Assembly (NCBI GenBank): GCA_016935975.1 | Contig: JAFGPX010000003.1 | Span: 15,455-79,454 of the forward strand | Direction: 5' to 3' | Source: Deltaproteobacteria bacterium | GTDB lineage: Bacteria; Myxococcota_A; Polyangia; Fen-1088 | DNA: 64,000 bases | Shown: positions 55,022-62,364 of the stretch, one piece after another | How positions within the stretch are numbered: position 1 is the stretch's first letter | How the letters are laid out: each line of letters begins with the position of its first letter | The notes under the pieces: generated by a model | Database searches by the model: none | What the model was told of the DNA's origin: nothing | What the model saw: the letters and a program-made list of their open reading frames with translations, nothing else | Position numbers and translations under genes: made by a program

Positions 55022-56425
55022 ATGAAAACCCTCGGTCTTCGCACCAAGCTCGTCGTCACCTTCACTGGGCTGTTCTTGGCCTTCACGCTCGTCTTCGCGT
55101 GGTACCTGGTCCATCGCCAGGGGACGATCGCCACGCAGGCTCTCGAAACACGGGCCAAGGGGCTTTCCGGCATCCTCGCCAAGCTGATCGCGCCGGCTGT
55201 GGATCTCGATCTCGACAAGTCGCAGGCGGAGAACTCGCTGGCGGCCATCAAGGGGCACAAAGACCTTCTTTACGTGGTCGTGCTCAAGCCCGACGGCACG
55301 GTCTACCTGCGCCATAGCGAGGGCCGCCTGCCGCCAGGCAGCGAGTTGCTCGAGAACTCGGACAGGACGCGCGTCGAGCTGCGTGGCGAGCTGGTGCACG
55401 TGCTGGAGCCCATTCGCTCGAACGGCAAGGACATCGGCACGCTGGCCGCGGGTTTCTCGCGCCACTCCATCGACGAGGAGATACGCACCAGCTCGCGCAC
55501 CGTGTTCTTCTTCAGCACGATCACCCTGGTCATCGGGTTTCTCGTTGCCTGGGTGGTTTCGGGCACCATCGCCCGGCCCATGCTCGAAATGGCCACCCAG
55601 CTCACGCGTTTGTCGCAGGCTCTGGCAGGGCTGGCGCACAGCCAGGAGTCGGCCAGCAGTCTGCAGGTTTCGGCCATCGAAGAGACGCGCGGGACCATGG
55701 AGGTGATGCTGGCGTCGGCGCAGCAGATCGCGGAAAGCTCCTCGGCCGTGCTGGGCAACGCCGAGCGCACCGTGGCCGGGAACCGCGATGTCGCGCATCG
55801 GGTCGAGGAGCTCAACGCTCACGCCGAGCGGGTGGCGGAAATCCTGGCGGCCATCATGCAAGTCGCCGATCGTACCGACTTGCTGGCACTCAACGCTGCG
55901 CTGGAGGGAACCAAGGCGGGCGAGGCCGGGCGCGGGTTCACCCTCGTGGCGGCCGAGATGCGCCGGCTGGCCGAGAGCGTGATGGAGTCGGTGGCCGGCA
56001 TCCGCCGGTTGATGAACGACATGCGTGCGGCCTCGCACTCCGCTGTGGCCGCCGGTCAGGAAGGCATCGCGCTGTCCGAGGAAACCACTCGCTCGGCGCG
56101 CGACATCGCCCAAGTCACGCAGCAGCAGCGCCGGGCCACCGAGCAGGTCGGACGCAGCATGGACAACATGGCCGCCACGGTTTCCCAGGCCACGGCCAGC
56201 ACGCGGCAGACCGCCGCCACGGCCCAGGACCTGGTCAACGCGGCGTTACGCCTCGACCGTCTGGTGGGTAGCGGGATCGTGCTGGCCCAGACGAAGCGTG
56301 AATCGACGGCGCGCGCGCTGTCGGCCGTGGGCAGTGGCGCGGGGAGTGGCGACGCGCGGCCTTTGGCGGAGCCCGCCTCGTCGCCCGCGGCCGGCGCCGG
56401 TCCCAGAGAGCCGTCGGCGGAGTAG
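55022..56425 (+). CDS. Methyl-accepting chemotaxis protein (two TM helices, HAMP, MA domain)
   Basis: TM1 LVVTFTGLFLAFTLVFAWYLV and TM2 VFFFSTITLVIGFLVAWVV. Signalling-domain core ADRTDLLALNAALEGTKAGEAGRGFTLVAAEMRRLAE. Confidence 0.85.
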   Translation: MKTLGLRTKLVVTFTGLFLAFTLVFAWYLVHRQGTIATQALETRAKGLSGILAKLIAPAVDLDLDKSQAENSLAAIKGHKDLLYVVVLKPDGTVYLRHSEGRLPPGSELLENSDRTRVELRGELVHVLEPIRSNGKDIGTLAAGFSRHSIDEEIRTSSRTVFFFSTITLVIGFLVAWVVSGTIARPMLEMATQLTRLSQALAGLAHSQESASSLQVSAIEETRGTMEVMLASAQQIAESSSAVLGNAERTVAGNRDVAHRVEELNAHAERVAEILAAIMQVADRTDLLALNAALEGTKAGEAGRGFTLVAAEMRRLAESVMESVAGIRRLMNDMRAASHSAVAAGQEGIALSEETTRSARDIAQVTQQQRRATEQVGRSMDNMAATVSQATASTRQTAATAQDLVNAALRLDRLVGSGIVLAQTKRESTARALSAVGSGAGSGDARPLAEPASSPAAGAGPREPSAE

Positions 56426-56431
56426 CGTGCC

Positions 56432-58627
56432 ATGGCCACCGGCGAAGAAGCGAGGCGAGACAGAAGGATTGCCATGTTCCGCCAGGTGGCGGCGGAACGG
56501 GTCGCCAAGCTCAATCTGCTGTGGATCGAGGTCGAGCGCCGAGCCGGCGATCCAGCGGCCTTTCTGCGCGAAGCGCACACCTTCAAGGGCGAGGCGAGCC
56601 TGACCGGCTTTGCGCAGGTATCGCGGTTGTTGCACGCCCTGGAAGACTACGTGAAGCTCGTGCGCGATCGGGGCACGCTGCCGGCAGAACGCGACGGCGA
56701 TACGATTCTGGGAGGCCTGGAGCTGGCTCTGCAGCTGACCCTGGGCGCGCCGGACGCGTCGTCGAGGGAGGCGGACGCGTTCGTGGCCGAGGTGGCCGCG
56801 GCGCGGGGCGCGCCCCTAACGCCGGGTCCGAGCCCGGCCGTGGGGCAGCCGCGGGCCACGCCCGCCACCGTGGCCGAGCCCGAGGCGGCGCCGGCCGCGG
56901 AGGGGGTCGCGGACAGGTCGCCGGCGGGGCCGGCCTTGGCGCCAGCGGCCAGCTCGATCCGGGTCACGGCCGAGGAGATAGACCGCCTGCGCGGCATGGT
57001 TTCCGACCTCCTGCTCACGCACGTCCGCTGGCGACAGATGGCGCGCACCGTCCGGCGCGTGCGCGAAACCGCGGAGGCCGTGCGCCCGGGCCGGGTCGGC
57101 GCCGAGCGCGCGCCGCAGCTCGACGCTTGGTCGAGCATCGTGGCCGAGCTTTCCAACATGGAATCGCGCCTGCGCGACGAGACTCACGGTCTGGAACGCA
57201 TCATAGGCGATCTCGACGGCACGACGCGCGACCTGCGCATGATCCCGCTTTCGACCCTGCTCGATCGCTTTCCGGTCCCGCTCCGTCACCTCGCGCGTTC
57301 GCTCGGCCGTCAGATTCGGTTCAAGACGGCCGGCGAGCAGATCGAGGTCGACCGGGCCCTCTTGGAAATGCTCGAGGAGCCACTGCTGCACCTGCTGCGC
57401 AACGCCGTCGACCACGGCGTCGAGCCTCCGGCCGAGCGGGCGCGGGCCGGCAAGCCCGCGGAAGCGTTCGTGCGCATCGCCGCCGGCTTGGTGGGACAGC
57501 GCCTACACCTGCAGGTTTCCGACGACGGCCGGGGTATCGATATCGAGGCCGTGCGTCGCCGGGCCGTCGAGCGAGGCATCCTCGACGCCGCGGCGGCCGC
57601 GGCGGCCGGAGAGCGGGAGATCCTGCGTACCATCTTCGCGGCCGGTTTCTCCTTGCGCGAGCAGGTTTCCGAGGTCTCGGGCCGCGGGATTGGCCTCAAC
57701 ATCGTGCTCGACGTGGTGGAGAACGTTGGCGGCAGGGTCGACGTGCGCACCGAGCGCGGGCACGGCACCACCTTCGAGATCGAGGTGCCGCTCACCGTGG
57801 CCATCACGCGCGTAGTGCTGTTCCGCGTGGGCACGGGCAGCTACGCCCTGCCCGCGGCCTCGGTGCGCAGCTTGGTCGAAGCCAGCGCCCTGGTGCGCGG
57901 CCGTGGCCCCGACGGACCCACCGTCGACTACGCCGGGAGCGCCGTGCCCCTGCTCGATCTGGCCGAGGCCCTGGACGAGCCCGTGGCGGTGGACACGCAG
58001 GCGCGCATCATCATCGCGCAAAGCGGGGCCGATCTGGTGGCGCTCGCCGGGACGTCCGGCCATCTCGAACGCGAGGTCATGCTCAAACCCATGGGCAAGT
58101 TCTTCGAGAGGCTGCCCTTGGTGCCGGCGGCGGTCGACATCGAAGAAGGCGCGCTCGCACTCGTGCTCAAGGTTGCCGAGCTGGTGCTGCTCGCCCGGAC
58201 GCGCCGGCGCGTGCGCGCGTCGGGAGTCCGTGCCGAGGGGCCTCGCGCGGCGGGTCGCGTCGCCCTGGTCGCCGACGATTCGCCCGTGGTGCGCGACATC
58301 GTGGCGCAGGCCCTGCGCGCGCACGGCATGCGTGTCCTGGTGGCCGGCGACGGCGCGGAAGCCCTGGCCTTGTTCGGAGCCCACGCTCGCGTGGACATCG
58401 TGGTCACCGACATCGACATGCCTCGCCTCGACGGCCTGGCCCTGGTGCGCACGCTCCGTAGCCATGCGGCCTTCAAGGACGTTCCGGTGGTGGCCATCTC
58501 CATGCGCGGAGGCGAGCCGGAGAGGCGCGCCGCCATGGCCGCCGGCGTGTCGGCCTACATCGACAAAGGCGATTTCAGCCAGGCCTTGCTCTGGCAAACC
58601 GTCCGGCCGCTGGTCGCGGGGTCGTGA
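56432..58627 (+). CDS. cheA: CheA-type histidine kinase with C-terminal receiver domain (CheA-REC hybrid)
   Basis: Hpt His in HTFKGEASLTGF. HATPase with G1/G2 boxes DDGRGID and GRGIGLNIV. A CheW-like domain. C-terminal receiver ALVADDSPVV...TDIDMPRLDG...K. Confidence 0.9.
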   Translation: MATGEEARRDRRIAMFRQVAAERVAKLNLLWIEVERRAGDPAAFLREAHTFKGEASLTGFAQVSRLLHALEDYVKLVRDRGTLPAERDGDTILGGLELALQLTLGAPDASSREADAFVAEVAAARGAPLTPGPSPAVGQPRATPATVAEPEAAPAAEGVADRSPAGPALAPAASSIRVTAEEIDRLRGMVSDLLLTHVRWRQMARTVRRVRETAEAVRPGRVGAERAPQLDAWSSIVAELSNMESRLRDETHGLERIIGDLDGTTRDLRMIPLSTLLDRFPVPLRHLARSLGRQIRFKTAGEQIEVDRALLEMLEEPLLHLLRNAVDHGVEPPAERARAGKPAEAFVRIAAGLVGQRLHLQVSDDGRGIDIEAVRRRAVERGILDAAAAAAAGEREILRTIFAAGFSLREQVSEVSGRGIGLNIVLDVVENVGGRVDVRTERGHGTTFEIEVPLTVAITRVVLFRVGTGSYALPAASVRSLVEASALVRGRGPDGPTVDYAGSAVPLLDLAEALDEPVAVDTQARIIIAQSGADLVALAGTSGHLEREVMLKPMGKFFERLPLVPAAVDIEEGALALVLKVAELVLLARTRRRVRASGVRAEGPRAAGRVALVADDSPVVRDIVAQALRAHGMRVLVAGDGAEALALFGAHARVDIVVTDIDMPRLDGLALVRTLRSHAAFKDVPVVAISMRGGEPERRAAMAAGVSAYIDKGDFSQALLWQTVRPLVAGS

Positions 58628-58661
58628 GGCAGATGTTGCTCGTGTCGGGACACCTTCGGCC

Positions 58662-59111
58662 GTGAGCAATCTACTCGAGCTGGTCCGGCAGTGGCTGCAG
58701 CAGCTCCGTGCTGTCGGCTGGACGGCCGGCATCGCCCTGGGCGCGTTCGCGCTTTCGCTCGCCGCGGGGCTGTTCGTCGTGGTCCGTCTGCCGGCCGACT
58801 ACTTCGTGCGCGGCCCGGCGCAGTCTGGGTTCTGGTGCTCGCATCCGGCCCTGCGCCTGACCTTGCTCGTGGTGAAGAACCTGCTGGGCGGCATGCTCGT
58901 GCTTCTGGGCTTGGTGATGGCCCTGCCGCTCGTGCCCGGTCCGGGCCTTCTCTTCGTGGTCGTGGGGCTCGGCCTCGTCGATTTCCCGGGCAAGCGCGCC
59001 TTGGAACGCAGGTTGCTGCGCCTGCCCCGGGTGCTTGCCTCGGTCAACCGGCTGCGCGCGCGCTTCGGCAAACCGGCGCTGATGGTGGCCGGGGACAAAG
59101 AACACGGTTGA
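58662..59111 (+). CDS. PGPGW-motif small transmembrane protein (hypothetical)
   Basis: GTG start. Two TM hairpins. The motif LPLVPGPGLLFVVVGLGL corresponds to the PGPGW family signature. Confidence 0.5.
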   Translation: MSNLLELVRQWLQQLRAVGWTAGIALGAFALSLAAGLFVVVRLPADYFVRGPAQSGFWCSHPALRLTLLVVKNLLGGMLVLLGLVMALPLVPGPGLLFVVVGLGLVDFPGKRALERRLLRLPRVLASVNRLRARFGKPALMVAGDKEHG

Positions 59112-59200
59112 CTCCTCGTCTTTCCCGCGGCCCTCTCTGCTTGCGAATAGCCGAGCAACGGTGGTCTCGACTCGGGATGTTCTGTGGTAGACAGCCCTTC

Positions 59201-59404
59201 ATGCGCCCTAGTCCCGTTTTCTTCTGTTCCATGTGCCGCAAGCCGATTCCGGCGGGCGGCAAAGTCATTCGCTGCTCGGTGTCGACCTGCAACTCGGGAA
59301 AGATCAAGCTCGTTTTCTGTTCGCCTGCGTGTTGGGACTCACACCTTCCGGATGCGCGCCACCGCAGCGCCTACTTTGTGGAAGAAATCGCGCGCAAGCC
59401 CTGA
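59201..59404 (+). CDS. Small Cys-rich zinc-ribbon-like protein (hypothetical; low-GC, atypical codon usage)
   Basis: 67 aa with paired cysteines CSMC...CSVSTC...CSPAC. Lies in a roughly 57% GC island in a roughly 70% GC genome. Could equally be non-coding. Confidence 0.3.
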   Translation: MRPSPVFFCSMCRKPIPAGGKVIRCSVSTCNSGKIKLVFCSPACWDSHLPDARHRSAYFVEEIARKP

Positions 59405-59488
59405 CAGGGCAAATGTAGGTTTGAGGCCTACTAGTAGTACCATGTGATCCAAGGTAGGAACCTAGGTACATGAAACTACTAGGGGTGA

Positions 59489-59504
59489 TGGCGGAGCCTC
59501 TGCT
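59489..59504 (+). promoter_or_regulatory. Sigma-54-like -24/-12 element (TGGCGG-N5-CTGCT)
   Basis: The GG and GC dinucleotides have the correct 10-nt spacing. It lies about 50 nt upstream of the ATG at 59557, which has a GGAGGT Shine-Dalgarno. Confidence 0.25.
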
Positions 59505-59556
59505 ATGACTCTAATCCGGTGGTTGGTCATTCTTTGAACCCCTATGGAGGTCTTTC

Positions 59557-60645
59557 ATGAAGGCGCGAACGTTCGTTTCGGATCTATTGGCACCGCGTGT
59601 GTGGATTGCCTGCGCGGCGGCCCTGGCGCTGGGCGGGCTTGGTTGCGGCGACGGCAGTAGTACGGCGACCAAGACGGATGGCGGGGGCGGCAGTACCGCG
59701 GGTGCCAGCGGAAAGGGGGGCGCGACGACGGGCACTGGCGGCAGAATCACGGGCGGCGGAGGCGCGATTGGCGGTGCGGGTGGCACGACGGTGCGGCCAG
59801 TAGACGGTGGTGGAGCCGGCATTGACGGCGGGGGCGGGGCCATCGACGGCGGCCAAGGCGGCGTAGGCATCGACGGCGGCGGCCGCGGTGGTCGCGGTGG
59901 CACGGGCGGCGTGGGCATCGACGGCGGCGGCCGCGGTGGTCGCAGTGGCACGGGCGGCGTGGGCATCGACGGCGGCGGCCGCGGTGGTTCGGGCGGCACA
60001 CGCCGAGACGCCGCCACGGATGCTCCCATGACCCAAGACGGACCGAGAGACGCTCCCATGAACCCGGATCGCCCCTTGAATTGTGGCGATGACGGTGAGG
60101 CCTGCTGTCCGGGTGGAACCTGCAACAACGGCGGCTGCTGCGTGGAAACCCGCAATGGCCTGGAGTGCGTGGCCGAGGGCGATTCCTGCGGCAGCGACAA
60201 CGGGGTGTGCGCCGCGGGTGGCTGTGCTTCCGATGCCGGCATCTGCGGCATCGCGGGCGCTGCTTGCTGCAGCCGCGGGGACGTCGACTACTGCAGCGCC
60301 GGCGGCCTGACCTGCGTGGCTGGGGACGCGTCGGCGGGTATGTGCGTGGCCTGCGGCGCCTTGAGCCAGCCCTGCTGCGGGGTCGTCGGCGAGCGCTCTT
60401 GCACCGCCGCCAACACCGTCTGTGTCGGCGATAGCACGCGGAGCACCGGAACCTGCGAGGCCTGCGGCGGGCTCGACCAGCCTTGCTGCGACAACCAGAC
60501 CTGCACCGCGCCCTCGACGGTTTGCGATCAGCAAGGTCGCGACGAGATCTGCGTAAGCTGTGGCGACGATGGGGAGCCTTGCTGCGCCAATCGGACGTGC
60601 AATGGCAATCTGGAGTGCAACCGCCGCACCAACACCTGCGGATAG
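59557..60645 (+). CDS. Lipoprotein with Gly-rich tandem repeats and C-terminal CxACGGxxQPCC-type cysteine repeats (paralog 1)
   Basis: Lipobox LALGGLGC. GGVGIDGGGRGGRGGTG x3. Five repeats of about 35 aa with the pattern CxxCGxxxQPCCxxxxC...C...C. Confidence 0.75.
   Translation: MKARTFVSDLLAPRVWIACAAALALGGLGCGDGSSTATKTDGGGGSTAGASGKGGATTGTGGRITGGGGAIGGAGGTTVRPVDGGGAGIDGGGGAIDGGQGGVGIDGGGRGGRGGTGGVGIDGGGRGGRSGTGGVGIDGGGRGGSGGTRRDAATDAPMTQDGPRDAPMNPDRPLNCGDDGEACCPGGTCNNGGCCVETRNGLECVAEGDSCGSDNGVCAAGGCASDAGICGIAGAACCSRGDVDYCSAGGLTCVAGDASAGMCVACGALSQPCCGVVGERSCTAANTVCVGDSTRSTGTCEACGGLDQPCCDNQTCTAPSTVCDQQGRDEICVSCGDDGEPCCANRTCNGNLECNRRTNTCG
59858..60000. repeat. 51-bp tandem repeat x about 2.8 inside the lipoprotein gene (encodes GVGIDGGGRGGRGGTG)
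   Basis: ggcgt(a/g)ggcatcgacggcggcggccgcggtggtcgc(g/a)gtggcacgggc repeated head-to-tail. Confidence 0.7.
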
Positions 60646-60692
60646 CCCCATGACATGAGCGGGCGTTGCTGCTGCGCCCGCGTGCATACGAG

Positions 60693-60741
60693 CTCCACGG
60701 AGCCGGGATCGCCGAAGATTCCGCTTCGTGGAGTTTTTTTT
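60693..60741 (+). terminator. Rho-independent terminator candidate
   Basis: ctccacg...(loop)...cgtggag followed by the only U8 run in the region (tttttttt). Located 50 nt after the stop at 60645. Confidence 0.4.
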
Positions 60742-60868
60742 GCCGGTTGGCGGCGTGGATGGCTCGATTCTCGGAGTTCTGTCGACTACAATGTAGAGGG
60801 CTGAAAACTCCGGAGGCGGGCGCACTTGCTGCTGCTTGGCCTGGCCGTTGCACGCTGGAGGTAGTCTC

Positions 60869-62350
60869 ATGAAAACCCACGGGCGTCGGACCTCGTCACA
60901 CGCCAGGCGAGTCATGGCGGCGAGCGCCTTCGCGGCCGTCTTGACGGGAATCGGCTGCTCGACGGACAAGACCGGCCTTCAAGCCGTTCGTTCTAGCGAT
61001 GGTGGTGCTGGCGGAGGGAGCGCTGGAAGGAATGCGGACGCGGCCGCCTTGGGTGGGGCCGCCGGCGGGGCGGGGGCGAGCGCCGCCAGGGGCGGCGCGG
61101 GTGGGCAGGTGGTCACCAACGGCGGGGTTGGTGGCGGGGCCGGGGGAGCAACGGGGGGAGCGGATGCGCCGCTTGCAGGGGGGACGGGGGACGGCAGTAC
61201 TGGACCGGGCGGGACTGGGGGCGCGGCAGGCGCGTCCACGATTGCCGGTGGGGCTACGGGGGGGGCAGGAGCGACCCGCGGCACGGGTGGCTTGACGACG
61301 AGTCCGGGCGGCACCGGTGGAAGGGCTGGCGGGACCGGCGGCGTCTCGAGCGCCGGCGCGGGTGGGGCGGCCCCTCCTGCCGGAGGGACGGGCGGAGGCG
61401 CCGGCGGAAGGGCGGGGACCGGCGGCGTCACCGGAGCGGGCGGTGCCGAAGCGACGGGAGGCGCCGGCGCGGACGGCGGCGCGGATGCCCGAGACGGTGC
61501 GTGGGACGCGGTGGACAGCGCCGGCGACAACGCGCCCGACGCCGCGGATGCCGGACCGGCCTGTGGCGGCCCCGGCCAGACCTGCTGCGCCGGCAACGCC
61601 TGCAACAGCGGCGGGTGCTGCATAGGCGGCTTCTGCACGGCCTCCGGCTCGGAGTGTCCCGTTGGCGGGATCTGTTCGGATGGCGCCTGTGGCAATTGCG
61701 GCGGTCTCGGCGACAGTTGCTGCATGGGCTCGACCTGCACTGCGGCGAATACGGTCTGCTCCACCACCACCTATCCCCAGAGCTGCACCGCTTGCGGCGG
61801 CTCTGGCCAGCCGTGCTGTCCCGGCAACCTCTGCCTGGAAGGCGGGTGTTGTGTCGCTTCGTCGACGGGGCTCGGCGGAGCCACGTGCAGGGCGGAAGGC
61901 AGCCAGTGCAGCAACAACGTGACGGGCACCTGCTCGGAGGGAGCTTGCGGTAGCTGCGGCGGTCTGGGGGACGATTGCTGCAGCGGCAGCCGCTGCACGG
62001 CCCCGAACACCATCTGTCGGTCCAGCTCGGGTGGAGGCTCGACTTGCGTGGCCTGCGGCGGGGTCGAACAGCCGTGCTGCGCGAGCGTCATTGCGGGCGG
62101 GGAGGCTACCTGTCTGCCCGGCAACGTCTGCGAGACAACGGGCATTTCCACCTCCGGCACGTGCAGGGCGTGTGGCGGCGCCAACCAGCCTTGCTGCGCG
62201 AACGACACCTGTACCACCGGCTTCGTTTGCGAATCGCTCTACCCCGGCGCAAGAGGCACCTGCGAGATCTGCGGTGGTCTGGGCCAGCCCTGCTGCGCCG
62301 GCGATGTCTGCACGACCGGCACCTGCAGCTACAACAACGTCTGCCGGTAG
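60869..62350 (+). CDS. Lipoprotein with Gly-rich linker and CxACGGxxQPCC-type cysteine repeats (paralog 2, about 9 repeats)
   Basis: Start MKTHGRR with GGAGGT Shine-Dalgarno. Lipobox LTGIGC. About 190 aa of G/A/T low-complexity sequence. Repeats such as TACGGSGQPCCPGNLC, GSCGGLGDDCCSGSRC, RACGGANQPCCANDTC, EICGGLGQPCCAGDVC. Confidence 0.75.
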   Translation: MKTHGRRTSSHARRVMAASAFAAVLTGIGCSTDKTGLQAVRSSDGGAGGGSAGRNADAAALGGAAGGAGASAARGGAGGQVVTNGGVGGGAGGATGGADAPLAGGTGDGSTGPGGTGGAAGASTIAGGATGGAGATRGTGGLTTSPGGTGGRAGGTGGVSSAGAGGAAPPAGGTGGGAGGRAGTGGVTGAGGAEATGGAGADGGADARDGAWDAVDSAGDNAPDAADAGPACGGPGQTCCAGNACNSGGCCIGGFCTASGSECPVGGICSDGACGNCGGLGDSCCMGSTCTAANTVCSTTTYPQSCTACGGSGQPCCPGNLCLEGGCCVASSTGLGGATCRAEGSQCSNNVTGTCSEGACGSCGGLGDDCCSGSRCTAPNTICRSSSGGGSTCVACGGVEQPCCASVIAGGEATCLPGNVCETTGISTSGTCRACGGANQPCCANDTCTTGFVCESLYPGARGTCEICGGLGQPCCAGDVCTTGTCSYNNVCR

Positions 62351-62364
62351 CCTGCCCCTGCGCC

